DNA from: Candidatus Vogelbacteria bacterium
Lineage (GTDB): Bacteria; Patescibacteriota; Minisyncoccia; Phycocordibacterales; XYD1-FULL-46-19
NCBI GenBank assembly: GCA_903878275.1
Contig: CAIRHC010000006.1
Span: forward strand, 79,633-143,632
Length of the DNA: 64,000 nucleotides
Direction: 5' to 3'
Below are positions 1 to 9,869 of the stretch, piece after piece (positions within the stretch are counted from its first letter, which is position 1; every line of letters begins with the position of its first letter). The notes under the pieces are model-generated. The model had not been told where the DNA came from, searched no databases, and saw nothing but the letters and a program-made list of their open reading frames with translations. The translations under genes and the position numbers were made by a program.

Positions 1-52
1 ACTTTCATTCAACGGCACCGTCAAAAGAATGAAAACTGTTGACGTTATCTAA
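1..52 (+). CDS. 3' end of a gene entering the window, possibly ribosomal protein bL27
   Basis: Frame 2 reads LSFNGTVKRMKTVDVI* (TAA 50-52). Basic tail resembles CPR L27 C-termini, but too short to be sure. Confidence 0.3.
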   Translation, partial: LSFNGTVKRMKTVDVI

Positions 53-64
53 AGAAAATCTCAA

Positions 65-102
65 AAAAATACTCGGCAAATTAACTTGTCGAGTATTTTT
101 TT
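65..102. terminator. Bidirectional intrinsic terminator
   Basis: AAAAAATACTCGGCAA-loop-TTGTCGAGTATTTTTT between convergent genes. Confidence 0.75.
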
Positions 103-113
103 AATTAATGTTT

Positions 114-557
114 CTAGATCTTTTCAATCAAGATTGAAACTTCCGCGCTTTTATCCCCTTTTTGCAACTTGATAGTTTGTTCGCCAAGCTCTTTGATTGG
201 TTTGGCAATTTTTATCCACGCTCGATCGGTCGCGATACTGGTTTCTTTAAAAATTTTGTCGGCAATATCACCTTCGTGCAAACCGGCAAACAGGTGCCCC
301 GCTGGATTGGCTTTGGCTTTGATCACAATTTTTGTCTCTTTTAATTTCTCAATCAACAATTCAAAATTCCTCTCACCGTGTTCGGCGCTAATTATGGTGT
401 TCTTTTTTAAGGCATTGATTTTCGCAATATTGGCAGGTGTCGCCACCATCGCCTTGCCAGTGTTTATAAGAAAATTACGAGCAAAACCATCCGAAGCCTC
501 CTTGATTTCGTGCTTCCGCCCAAACTTTGCCACATCTTGAAGTAAGATTACTTTCAT
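114..557 (-). CDS. rplI: 50S ribosomal protein bL9
   Basis: MKVILLQDV...G...DGFARNFLI N-terminus; C-terminal GHLFAG and PIKELG motifs; 147 aa. Confidence 0.95.
   Translation of the reverse strand: MKVILLQDVAKFGRKHEIKEASDGFARNFLINTGKAMVATPANIAKINALKKNTIISAEHGERNFELLIEKLKETKIVIKAKANPAGHLFAGLHEGDIADKIFKETSIATDRAWIKIAKPIKELGEQTIKLQKGDKSAEVSILIEKI
471..544. repeat. 74-bp exact direct repeat, copy 1 (5' part of rplI)
   Basis: Identical to 1438..1511. Confidence 0.95.
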
Positions 558-568
558 AAAATTAATAT

Positions 569-982
569 TTAATTTACTTTTTCAATTTGTTTTATAAAAT
601 CTTCAATATCAGGCAAACGATTCTGTAAAATATCATAGACTATATCATAATTTAAATTTTCATAATCGTGAGCCACTAAATTACGGAAACCGGTCATTTT
701 AATTAATTTTTCCGCCAAATCGGCACTAATTAAATTGTTTTCTTCTAAAATATTAAAGGACTCACTTAAAGTCGAAGGTTTGCGTAAATTTTTGTAAGAA
801 ATCGTCGCCTCGGCTAAGTCGATCGCTGCCTGAATTGCCAGATATAAATAACGTTCAATCGCCCCACGCAAATCGACAGCTGTTTCAATTTCCGGTCGAG
901 CATACTTTTTGTAGTCAGCCAAAATAGCCAGATATTTTTTAACCGAACTTATTTTATTTTCAATAATGGCAAAATTGGTCAT
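569..982 (-). CDS. HEPN (DUF86/HepT-like) RNase toxin
   Basis: RX4HXY motif FRNLVAHDY; AIERYLYLAIQAAIDLA; directly downstream of an MNT gene. Confidence 0.88.
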   Translation of the reverse strand: MTNFAIIENKISSVKKYLAILADYKKYARPEIETAVDLRGAIERYLYLAIQAAIDLAEATISYKNLRKPSTLSESFNILEENNLISADLAEKLIKMTGFRNLVAHDYENLNYDIVYDILQNRLPDIEDFIKQIEKVN

Positions 983-990
983 CGTCTTTT

Positions 991-1383
991 TTAAACTTTA
1001 GTCAATTGATAATGGCGTAAAATTTCTCTAAAATCAAAGTACTCATTTAAGATTTGTGGTTCAACAATCAATCGAGCTGGTTCAATCTCGTGCAATACTC
1101 GGCCATTTTTTATAATCTCATATTTTAATTCAGGTGCGGTCGTGTTATTAAGTAAAACTAAGTCTACTTGATCAGAGCCGACAATTTGTGATAATTCGGT
1201 TTGTATTTTTAAGCGCAAATCACCACCAGCCAAACTGTCCAGCCCTTCAAAATAAACAGCAAAATCATAATCGCTAGTCGGACCAGCAGTATCATTGGCA
1301 CGCGAACCAAACAAATACGCCAGCTCAACAGCCGGATATTTTTTAAACATTTCACTAATTTTTAATTCCAGTTCTTTAGTCAT
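991..1383 (-). CDS. Minimal nucleotidyltransferase (MntA-like antitoxin)
   Basis: YLFGSRA...SDYDFAV and VDLVLLN motifs; 130 aa. Confidence 0.88.
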   Translation of the reverse strand: MTKELELKISEMFKKYPAVELAYLFGSRANDTAGPTSDYDFAVYFEGLDSLAGGDLRLKIQTELSQIVGSDQVDLVLLNNTTAPELKYEIIKNGRVLHEIEPARLIVEPQILNEYFDFREILRHYQLTKV

Positions 1384-1419
1384 ACAAATGCAACACTATC
1401 ATTATCGCATAAAATAACC

Positions 1420-1524
1420 CTAAGAGCAAAAAGGTTCAAAATTACGAGCAAAACCATCCGAAGCCTCCTTGATTTCGTGCTTCCGCCCAAACTTTGCCAC
1501 ATCTTGAAGTAGTATGATTTTCAT
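1420..1524 (-). pseudogene. Truncated duplicate of the rplI 5' end (contains repeat copy 2, 1438..1511)
   Basis: Reads [34 protein letters not shown], diverging from rplI after RNF. Confidence 0.85.
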
Positions 1525-1628
1525 ATCTTCATCTTACTTAAATTTAGAGTTTTTTCAATAGGAGTCAATAATCCAAGTCTGTCTTCATCTACTTTATTTT
1601 TTACATTTAATAAGTTACACTTTTAAAG

Positions 1629-2672
1629 ATGGGTATCGAAACTAACGAAACACTTAAATTACCTTTTGATTATCCCCTGCCCGACAATATCGAGATAAAA
1701 GAAACTACCGCAGAAATTACTTCGGAAGCGGGGTTATTTTTAATGCCCAAAGATATGTTCTTTTTGTATTTTGAATCTTTTCGCATAAAAGATATCGACG
1801 ATTTTCACCGTCACTGTTTAAAATTTTTATCTCCTGACAAATATGAAAGAGACGACAACGTTAATCAAATCAAAAAAGAAATTGCTGAGTTTGCGGACAA
1901 TCAAGGTTTAAAGCTTGAAGATTACGTTGACGGTACCGGTCAACGTAATGATAAGACAGATGAACTTTACAACCTCCTTCCAAAAACAATAATGGATAAA
2001 ATAGCTTTTTATTGGTTCAATCTTAAATTCTCTTCCAGTTCGTCAGTCAACGACACTTTTAGTTATTTAGACCATAGCTATATGGGAAGTTCTTCTTCTA
2101 TGTTTTTTAATGTTCCATTTATGGGAGGATTTCATGCCGACAAAAATTGGCAAGATAAGACAAAAGAAAAAAGGGAAGAATTCTTAAAAAATCCAAACAA
2201 GCAAGCCCTTATTTTATTTGGTGGTGGAGATAATTCTATCTATACTAAAGGCATAGATGATCAATATAAGTTTTGTGATACAGAAAACCAGAAGATAAAA
2301 GAGCAAGTTAAAAATTATTTAGAGAAAATTTATGAAACATCGGGCACAAAATCTGTACCTTTCAATCAGATCACTTCTATAAGACTCGTTATGCACCCAG
2401 TAGATTTCGACGATGAGATGTGGGCTATTCCAGAACCAGAGACACTCGAATTTATTGCTAATAAAAACATCGTTTTGGCCGTCTCTGAACCAGACCTAAT
2501 AAAAAATTTAAGGCCAAAAAAAGAAGACTGCCTGCTGGCTGATACCATTATTAACAAAAACGGTGACAAACATTGGATTGCGATGGAAACAACTGAATTC
2601 ACCCACACAATGAATTTTATCGAAGAAACTCCAAACTGGTACGACAGATACTTGGATCGTATTACAAAATAA
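1629..2672 (+). CDS. Hypothetical protein (acidic, 347 aa)
   Basis: Long ORF, no recognised motif. Confidence 0.65.
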   Translation: MGIETNETLKLPFDYPLPDNIEIKETTAEITSEAGLFLMPKDMFFLYFESFRIKDIDDFHRHCLKFLSPDKYERDDNVNQIKKEIAEFADNQGLKLEDYVDGTGQRNDKTDELYNLLPKTIMDKIAFYWFNLKFSSSSSVNDTFSYLDHSYMGSSSSMFFNVPFMGGFHADKNWQDKTKEKREEFLKNPNKQALILFGGGDNSIYTKGIDDQYKFCDTENQKIKEQVKNYLEKIYETSGTKSVPFNQITSIRLVMHPVDFDDEMWAIPEPETLEFIANKNIVLAVSEPDLIKNLRPKKEDCLLADTIINKNGDKHWIAMETTEFTHTMNFIEETPNWYDRYLDRITK

Positions 2673-2678
2673 TTCATA

Positions 2679-3404
2679 CTAAGTTGAAGTTGGAATATCT
2701 TCCTTTTTTATTACTTCAGTACGTGAATCCCGCCAAATAACTGCCCCTCCATCTTTTAACACTCTTTTTATTTGAGGATTCAAGATTGTACGTATTTTAT
2801 TCAAAGGATCCCGCTCCCCCATTTCAGGTGAATCAAGAAGAAGAGATGCCAAAAAAAGATCAGCAGAGTCATCTGGTAAAATATCTAATGCACCAGGAAG
2901 AGAAATATCTACATGATGATGTTCAAATTCTTCACCATCTAAATTCCCAACATCAAAACCGATTGGTTTAGCCCCGATTTCAACCAGCGCTCTAGATATC
3001 CATGGTTCAAAGCTTCTGCCAAACATACTTGCATCATAAGTTCCACCGGTAGAACCACAACCAAGGTCAACTACAACCTTACCCCTTAACTCAAAATCTG
3101 TTGCCTCCAACATCTTTCCTAGTACCAACGACAACTTATCTCTAAGGGAGTTAGTCTCCTTCTTATACTTTTTATACTTTTCTGGGTCCAATCTGTCTTC
3201 AGGCCTCTCATATTTTGAAATAAGTTTTGGTGCCAGAATATTACCAACAAAAACATTATCTGGATCTTTTTCTTCCTTAATTAAATCTAATATCTCAGTA
3301 AGCTTCTCTTGAAACGGTAATTCTTCGGAAACAAGACCCACAACAACTGGTACCGTATCAGTTAGCGGGTTTATTGATTTTTGATCATCAGAAATTTTTT
3401 CCAT
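2679..3404 (-). CDS. Class I SAM-dependent methyltransferase
   Basis: VVVDLGCGSTG motif I; RVLKDGGAVI motif. Confidence 0.75.
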   Translation of the reverse strand: MEKISDDQKSINPLTDTVPVVVGLVSEELPFQEKLTEILDLIKEEKDPDNVFVGNILAPKLISKYERPEDRLDPEKYKKYKKETNSLRDKLSLVLGKMLEATDFELRGKVVVDLGCGSTGGTYDASMFGRSFEPWISRALVEIGAKPIGFDVGNLDGEEFEHHHVDISLPGALDILPDDSADLFLASLLLDSPEMGERDPLNKIRTILNPQIKRVLKDGGAVIWRDSRTEVIKKEDIPTST

Positions 3405-3437
3405 AAATTTATTTTTTAATAATTAATAATTAATATT

Positions 3438-4703
3438 TTATTTCTTCACCGCAGGTTGGGACGCTACTTTCTCACCGAGCAAAATTTTCACGGCGGCTTC
3501 TTGTTGTGGGTCTGTCCCAGCTTTAAATGCTTCTTCGGTAAATGGAATTTCGATTTCCGGAGTGATGCCACTTTTGGAAATTGATTTTCCTAGCGGTGTG
3601 TACCATTTGGCAATCGTGATTTTAATCGAACTATCGCTCGTGAGTGGCACCAATTCTTGCACCGAACCTTTTCCAAAAGTCGTCTCCCCCACCAATGTTG
3701 CAATTTTATATTCTGATAACGCACCTGCTAAAATTTCCGATGCCGAGGCGCTCCCACGGTCAACCAGAATTACCATTTTTAATTTATCAGTGAAAACATC
3801 ATAACCTCGGCTCTTATAAACTTTATCTTCACCACCATCGCCGTGTTTTTCGATGACAATCGGTTTATCTTTTGGCAAAAACCAACTTGCCATATCGGTC
3901 GCCGCTTCGAGAAAACCGCCAGGATTGCCACGTAAATCAATGATTAGTTTATCAGTCTTGGCATTAATAAAGTCGCGCAAAGCTTGGCGGAACAAATCTG
4001 CCGACGGCGCCGAAAAATTATAAAGTTTGATTACAAAAATACCATTGTCTAAAGTCTTTGTGTCTAAAGTCGGAATTGTAATAGTATCTCGAATGACCGT
4101 AATATCAATCGGCTTGTCCACTTTTTCGCGTGCCAAAATAAATTTTACTGGCTTGCCTTTTTCACCTCGAATCAGACTGACAGCTTCGTCGGTGCTCATA
4201 TCTGAAGTTATCGTATCATCAATTTTCAAAATTTTATCACCAGCTAAAATTCCCGCTTTCTTAGCCGGTGAATCTGGCAATGGCGCAATGACCGTGACAA
4301 TGCCGTCTTTTATTCCCACTTCCATACCAACACCACTAAAATTGCCACTGATGTCATCTTCGAAGCGTTTCTTTTTTTCTGGTGGCAAAAATACGGTATA
4401 AGGATCGCCGAGAGAATTGACCAGACCAGAAACCGCGCCCCAGACCTTATCTTGATCGGTGATTTTCGGGCTAGATGTACTGTGATCGATAACATATTTT
4501 TCATTCAAAATAGACCAGGCTTTCCAAAAAGGGGAAAAATCAACATTGCCCGGTTTGTCGTTTTCTTTATTCAAAAGAACCGAGACTTTTTCCACCGCCG
4601 GACGATTGCCATAACCAAAACGGACCCCAACAAAAAAAGCCGCGGTCACGCAAAGCACAAAAACAATAATAAAAAAGATTCTCAACCCCCGGCTGTTACT
4701 CAT
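3438..4703 (-). CDS. ctpA: Carboxyl-terminal processing protease (S41A, PDZ)
   Basis: N-terminal TM; DLRGNPGG; SASASEI catalytic Ser; TFGKGSVQ catalytic Lys. Confidence 0.92.
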   Translation of the reverse strand: MSNSRGLRIFFIIVFVLCVTAAFFVGVRFGYGNRPAVEKVSVLLNKENDKPGNVDFSPFWKAWSILNEKYVIDHSTSSPKITDQDKVWGAVSGLVNSLGDPYTVFLPPEKKKRFEDDISGNFSGVGMEVGIKDGIVTVIAPLPDSPAKKAGILAGDKILKIDDTITSDMSTDEAVSLIRGEKGKPVKFILAREKVDKPIDITVIRDTITIPTLDTKTLDNGIFVIKLYNFSAPSADLFRQALRDFINAKTDKLIIDLRGNPGGFLEAATDMASWFLPKDKPIVIEKHGDGGEDKVYKSRGYDVFTDKLKMVILVDRGSASASEILAGALSEYKIATLVGETTFGKGSVQELVPLTSDSSIKITIAKWYTPLGKSISKSGITPEIEIPFTEEAFKAGTDPQQEAAVKILLGEKVASQPAVKK

Positions 4704-4766
4704 TAATCATATTATCGCAAAGTATCCACTTGTGGTCAATCTTTTAAAAGAATATAATTATTATCA

Positions 4767-5702
4767 ATGATCAAGCAAATAAAATATAAGAATATCACAT
4801 GGATCGATGTCAATGCACCGACCAAAGAAGAAATTGATTCTTTGTCAAAAGAGTACGATATTCATACAATTGTTCACACCGAATTGATGCACCCTAGTCC
4901 CCGCTCAAAAGTTGATCTGTACGATAATTTTATTTATTTGATTTTGCACTTTCCATCAGAGCATTTTTTCAAAGATGAAGATGATGACGAAGATGGCACC
5001 AAGGAAGTCGATTTTGTTTTGGGTAAAGATTTTATTATCACCACACATTACGAGAGTATCCAGCCACTCGAAGATTTTTCCAACATTTTACAAGCTGGCG
5101 AACATGTCAAAACCAAAAAAGAAAAAGATGCTCACGCTGGCTATTTGTTCTATTATATCATCCGCGAGCTTTATCAATCACTCGAGCCAGGGCTTGATTA
5201 TATCAACAACAACCTAAAACGCGTCGAGCGAAAAATTTTCTCTGGTCACGAAAAAGAAATGGTGCGGACTTTATCAAATATGAATCGCAGTTTGCTTGAT
5301 TTGAAATGGGCACTCAAAGGTCATCGCGAAGTTCTCAATTCTCTGGAAATTGCCGCCAAAGAATTTTACGGCGATAGGTTTGGTTATCACTTAAAAACAA
5401 TTGTCAGTGAATACGAAAAAGTTTTTGGTATTCTGGAAAACAATGAAGAAAATTTCCAGCAACTCCGCAACACCAACGAATCAATGCTGTCTATTCAATC
5501 CAACGAAATAATGAAGACCGTGACGATTCTGGCGTATGTTTTCTTGCCGGTCACTTTGATTGGTACCATTTTTGGAATGAGCGGTCTGGATACGAATATG
5601 CCAATAATCAAATCGCCGAGCGGATTCTTCATTGTCTTGGGCTTAATGTTCCTGACTTCCGTTTTGATGATTGTTCTGGTAAAATTCAAGAAATGGCTTT
5701 AA
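4767..5702 (+). CDS. corA: CorA-family Mg2+/Co2+ transporter
   Basis: Two C-terminal TMs, FLPVTLIGTIFGMS (GMN variant), WL terminus. Confidence 0.85.
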   Translation: MIKQIKYKNITWIDVNAPTKEEIDSLSKEYDIHTIVHTELMHPSPRSKVDLYDNFIYLILHFPSEHFFKDEDDDEDGTKEVDFVLGKDFIITTHYESIQPLEDFSNILQAGEHVKTKKEKDAHAGYLFYYIIRELYQSLEPGLDYINNNLKRVERKIFSGHEKEMVRTLSNMNRSLLDLKWALKGHREVLNSLEIAAKEFYGDRFGYHLKTIVSEYEKVFGILENNEENFQQLRNTNESMLSIQSNEIMKTVTILAYVFLPVTLIGTIFGMSGLDTNMPIIKSPSGFFIVLGLMFLTSVLMIVLVKFKKWL

Positions 5703-6940
5703 ATTTCCAAAATACCCTGACCAAGCAAAAAGAGCTTTTCAAACTAGCCGACCCGGAAAATAAGCGGGTTAATTTTTATGCTTGTGGACCGACCGTCTAT
5801 AATTATGCTCATATCGGCAACTTGCGAAGCTACGTTTTTGCTGATGTTGCTTATCGTGCTTTAAAATTTGACGGCTACCAGCCAAAATGGGTAATGAACA
5901 TTACTGATGTTGATGACAAAACCATCCGAGGTACGATCGCCGAATTCGGCGAAAAAGCAAAAGTCGATGATTTAAAAAAATATACGGAAAAATTTACCGA
6001 AGCTTTTTTTGCCGACTTAGACAAACTAAATATTTTACGCGACCAAATTACTTTTATTAAAGTCACGGATGTCATCCCCGAGATTCAGGATTTTATTGTT
6101 AAATTGATTGACAAGGGTTACGCCTACCGTGCCGACGATGGAAGCACTTATTTTAGTATTGAAAAATATCAAAAAGATTTTGGTAATTACGGCGAACTCG
6201 TCGGTGATAAATTTCTAGAAGGCAAAAAAATCGGCGCAAGGGTTAAAGTTGACGAATACGAAAAAGATAATTTAAGTGATTTTGCTTTGTGGAAAGCTCA
6301 CGCCATAGATGATGCTCAAATTTTTTGGGATCATCCGGTGCTCGGCAAAGGTCGCCCGGGCTGGCACATTGAATGCTCGGCAATCAACCAAAAAGCTTTT
6401 GGCGACCAAACAACAGACATTCACACTGGCGGTATTGATTTAATTTTTCCTCATCACACAAACGAAATCGCTCAATCCGAAGCTTTGAACGGAAAAAAGT
6501 TTGTCAATTATTGGCTTCACGCCGAACATCTTTTGGTAGACAACAAAAAAATGGCAAAATCCGCCGATAATTTTTACACCTTAAAAGATTTAGAGAACAA
6601 AAATTTTGATCCCATTATTTTTCGTTATCTTTTACTGCAAACCAGTTTTACTCAAAAAATAAATTTCACTTGGGAATCTTTAAACTCCGCCCAAAAAGGC
6701 TACGAAAATATAAAAAATAAAATTAAGGTTTTAGGAAGTCCAACTTCAAGTGAGCCCGAAGTTGGACTTCAAGAAACCGAAAATTATCTAGCCAACTTCG
6801 CTAAAAACATCTCCAGTCTAAATACCGCCGGCGCTCTTGGTTTGATTTCTAAAATTTTTGCCGATAAAGAATTAACCGCCAGTCAAAAATTAGACCTAAT
6901 AAAATCATTTGACCAAGTTTTTGGCTTAAAATTAACTTGA
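5693..6940 (+). CDS. cysS: Cysteine--tRNA ligase (short, 415 aa)
   Basis: CGPTVY, HIGN, GRPGWHIECS, DIHTGGIDLIFPHH and KMAKS motifs. Confidence 0.95.
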   Translation: MALNFQNTLTKQKELFKLADPENKRVNFYACGPTVYNYAHIGNLRSYVFADVAYRALKFDGYQPKWVMNITDVDDKTIRGTIAEFGEKAKVDDLKKYTEKFTEAFFADLDKLNILRDQITFIKVTDVIPEIQDFIVKLIDKGYAYRADDGSTYFSIEKYQKDFGNYGELVGDKFLEGKKIGARVKVDEYEKDNLSDFALWKAHAIDDAQIFWDHPVLGKGRPGWHIECSAINQKAFGDQTTDIHTGGIDLIFPHHTNEIAQSEALNGKKFVNYWLHAEHLLVDNKKMAKSADNFYTLKDLENKNFDPIIFRYLLLQTSFTQKINFTWESLNSAQKGYENIKNKIKVLGSPTSSEPEVGLQETENYLANFAKNISSLNTAGALGLISKIFADKELTASQKLDLIKSFDQVFGLKLT

Positions 6941-7038
6941 TTCTCCCCTATTTAGGAACAGTTTGTCCCCAAAATGGCAATTTTTAAGTCATTTTTGGGC
7001 TTTTCTTTTACTTGCACGCTTGTGCTAAAATAAAACCA

Positions 7039-8391
7039 ATGGCTTTAAAGCAACCATTCACAAATAATCTTCGTGTTCCACCACAAGACAACGACGCCGA
7101 GCAAGCCCTGCTCGGTTCAGTAATGATCAACCCGAAAAATTTGGTGGACATTTTAGACTTCTTAAAACCGGAAGATTTCTATTCAATGAAACACCAGCGG
7201 GTTTTCCGAGCGATGGTCACTCTTCACGAAAAAAGTGAGCCAGTTGATCTAGTATCTTTGTCGTCAAAATTGAAAGAAGAAAATTTATTAGAAACCATCG
7301 GTGGCTCTAGTTATCTGACCGAGCTGACAAACAAAGTCCCATCCGCTTCAAATTTAAAACATTACGCCGAGATGGTTTACAAAAAATCATCTTTGCGGAA
7401 TTTAATAAATTCCGCCGATCAAATTTCCAACCTTGGTTATCGCGAAAAAGATGATCTGAATGATATTATTGATCAAGCTCAAAAAATAATTTTTGGTCTC
7501 GGTAATTATGCTGGCAAAAAAATCACTTCAATCAAAGATTCTTTGTCCGAGGCTTGGGAACGGTTTGATCGTCTAAGTAAAAATGACGGCAGTCTTCGTG
7601 GTGTGCCGACTGGTTTTACCGACATCGATAAAAAACTTGCCGGTCTGCAAAATTCCGATTTAATAATTCTCGCCGCTCGCCCGTCAGTCGGTAAAACCGC
7701 TTTAGCGTTGGATATCGTTCGCCACGCCGCTTGTCGTAAAAAAATTCCAGTCTGCATTTTTTCTCTGGAAATGAGTGTGCAACAACTTACCGACCGCCTA
7801 CTTTCGGCGGAAAGTTTTGTGGATTCTTGGAAACTCCGCACCGGTGCTGTTCACGCTGATGAAGATTTTTCGCGCTTGCGTGACGGTCTGGATAGTTTAT
7901 CGCAAGCCCCAATTTATATCGACGACGAACCATCAAATAATATTTCTCGAATGAAATCCGAAGCCCGAAAATTAAAAGCTGAAAAAGGTTTGGGATTGAT
8001 TGTCGTGGACTACTTGCAACTAATGGTGCCAAAAAGAGAAACCGACTCTCAAGTCCAAATGGTCACCGAAATTTCTCGCTCACTCAAAGCGCTCGCTCGT
8101 GAGCTTGATGTCCCCGTCCTTGCTTTATCCCAGCTGTCTCGTGCCGTAGAAAGCCGTGGTGGCAAACCTCGGCTTTCCGACCTTCGCGACTCTGGCTCCA
8201 TCGAACAAGATGCCGACGTGGTAATGTTTATTCATCGTGAAAAAGCGGAAGGTGCCAGTGAAAAAGGTGAGATCGCCGAAATCCTAATCGAAAAACACCG
8301 CAATGGTCCGACCGGCTCGGCACAACTATTCTTTGATAGCCGTCGCACCAGTTTTACCAATTTAGAAAAAGGTGACTTTGGCAGTTTTTAA
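7039..8391 (+). CDS. dnaB: Replicative DNA helicase
   Basis: AARPSVGKT, VDYLQL, SDLRDSGSIEQDAD; start placed at the ATG of MALKQ. Confidence 0.96.
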   Translation: MALKQPFTNNLRVPPQDNDAEQALLGSVMINPKNLVDILDFLKPEDFYSMKHQRVFRAMVTLHEKSEPVDLVSLSSKLKEENLLETIGGSSYLTELTNKVPSASNLKHYAEMVYKKSSLRNLINSADQISNLGYREKDDLNDIIDQAQKIIFGLGNYAGKKITSIKDSLSEAWERFDRLSKNDGSLRGVPTGFTDIDKKLAGLQNSDLIILAARPSVGKTALALDIVRHAACRKKIPVCIFSLEMSVQQLTDRLLSAESFVDSWKLRTGAVHADEDFSRLRDGLDSLSQAPIYIDDEPSNNISRMKSEARKLKAEKGLGLIVVDYLQLMVPKRETDSQVQMVTEISRSLKALARELDVPVLALSQLSRAVESRGGKPRLSDLRDSGSIEQDADVVMFIHREKAEGASEKGEIAEILIEKHRNGPTGSAQLFFDSRRTSFTNLEKGDFGSF

Positions 8392-8394
8392 TTT

Positions 8395-9024
8395 ATGGAC
8401 TCAAACCCAATCGTAAAACTCACCGAACTCTTTCGTCATTTCCCCGGTCTTGGTCCGCGACAAGCCAGACGTTTTGTTTATCATCTTCTGGCACAAGATA
8501 AAAGTTTTCAAGATCAGCTAGTTTATAATATTTCTAATTTAAAAAAAATGGTTTTACAATGTCCAGATTGTTATCGTTTTTTTGCCGTTTCGGAAAATCA
8601 TCAAAATGACATTCGATGTAAAATTTGTACCGACAAAACTCGTGACGCCAAACAACTAATGATCGTCGAAAAAGATGTTGATATGGAAGCCATTCAGCGC
8701 GCCGGTTCTTATTCTGGTCATTATTTTGTGCTCGGCGGAAACTTACCACTCATCGAAAAAAAGAATAGCGCGGTGATTAGGCTCGCCGAGCTAAAAAACA
8801 TTCTTCAGTCAAAAATAAAAAATGGTTTAAAAGAAATCATTATCGCCCTTTCTGCCAGCACCGAAGGTGATCACACCGCCGATTACCTACGACACGAATT
8901 GATTTCTATGGCCGATACCAACAACATCAAAATTACGATTCTCGGTCGCGGACTTTCGACCGGTAGCGAGATCGAATATGCCGATACAGAGACCATCCGA
9001 AATGCTTTATTAAATAGGCACTAA
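8395..9024 (+). CDS. recR: Recombination mediator RecR
   Basis: FPGLGPRQARR HhH, CxxC...CxxC zinc finger, TOPRIM EGDHTA, EIEYAD. Confidence 0.93.
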   Translation: MDSNPIVKLTELFRHFPGLGPRQARRFVYHLLAQDKSFQDQLVYNISNLKKMVLQCPDCYRFFAVSENHQNDIRCKICTDKTRDAKQLMIVEKDVDMEAIQRAGSYSGHYFVLGGNLPLIEKKNSAVIRLAELKNILQSKIKNGLKEIIIALSASTEGDHTADYLRHELISMADTNNIKITILGRGLSTGSEIEYADTETIRNALLNRH

Positions 9025-9049
9025 AAAATCGCCCAGCCGGGCGATTTTT
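9024..9049. terminator. Bidirectional terminator between recR and rplU
   Basis: AAAAATCGCCC-AGCC-GGGCGATTTTT. Confidence 0.8.
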
Positions 9050-9052
9050 AAA

Positions 9053-9364
9053 TTATCCAATTTTAGAAATTTTAACTTTAGTATATGGCTGACGATGACC
9101 ATTCTTCACGTGGTAGCGGACTTTGGCTTTGTACTTCAAAACCACCACTTTTTTGTCTCGCCCTTCTTCGATGAAATTGGCCATCACTTTGGCACCAGTC
9201 AGATATGGGTCGCCAATCTGCACACCTTTGTCGGTATTTATAAGTAAAACTTTATCAAAAGAAATATCACCACTTTCATCGGTTTTTGGCAACTTTTCCA
9301 CATTCAAAATATCGCCCTCGGCGACTTTGTACTGTTTTCCTCCTGTTTCGATAATGGCGAACAT
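9053..9364 (-). CDS. rplU: 50S ribosomal protein bL21
   Basis: MFAIIETGGKQYKV...GHRQPYT; true start at 9364. Confidence 0.96.
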   Translation of the reverse strand: MFAIIETGGKQYKVAEGDILNVEKLPKTDESGDISFDKVLLINTDKGVQIGDPYLTGAKVMANFIEEGRDKKVVVLKYKAKVRYHVKNGHRQPYTKVKISKIG

Positions 9365-9505
9365 AACCCCCGTATTATGGCAAAAAAGACCAAAAAATGC
9401 AAGTTTAGGTAAAGTTATACCCATATTGCCAATAACACCGTTTTAAATTAAAGTAATAGTGGATGTAAACCCCCGTTTTTTAAATCAAGCAGAAGGAGAA
9501 AGACG

Positions 9506-9760
9506 ATGTGCCAAAAATTTAGTTTTCAAGAAAGACGCCTGATTAGAGCTATCTGGAAGCGAGGCAAGGTCACCGATATGGTGGTCGCCCTAAGCGGAGT
9601 TTTTCGAAAACCGAGCCTGCGAAACCAACTAGACAGAGAAGGGCAAAAAGAGTTGGAAATAGGAATTTTGATAGTCGCTAACGACATGTACAAACAAAAA
9701 TCAGTTTGTCGTTTTCCCCACATAAAGGAAATCCTCCGGCTAAATAGCCTAAGGAACTAG
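9506..9760 (+). CDS. Small basic orphan protein
   Basis: 84-aa ORF with AGGAG Shine-Dalgarno and a downstream terminator. Confidence 0.5.
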   Translation: MCQKFSFQERRLIRAIWKRGKVTDMVVALSGVFRKPSLRNQLDREGQKELEIGILIVANDMYKQKSVCRFPHIKEILRLNSLRN

Positions 9761-9793
9761 CCACTGTCCTCTTCTCCTCTCTGCATTTAGAAT

Positions 9794-9828
9794 GCGCCAC
9801 CGGCAAAAACCGTGGCGCTTTATTTTTT
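9794..9828 (+). terminator. Intrinsic terminator
   Basis: GCGCCACCGG-CAAAAA-CCGTGGCGC followed by a T-rich tail. Confidence 0.65.
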
Positions 9829-9846
9829 GTATTTTCCTAAAGCTTA

Positions 9847-9865
9847 ATCAAGGACTCCCCTTGAT
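9847..9865. repeat. REP-like palindrome ATCAAGG-N5-CCTTGAT
   Basis: Identical copies at 35946..35964 and 60059..60077. Confidence 0.85.
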
Positions 9866-9869
9866 ATTT

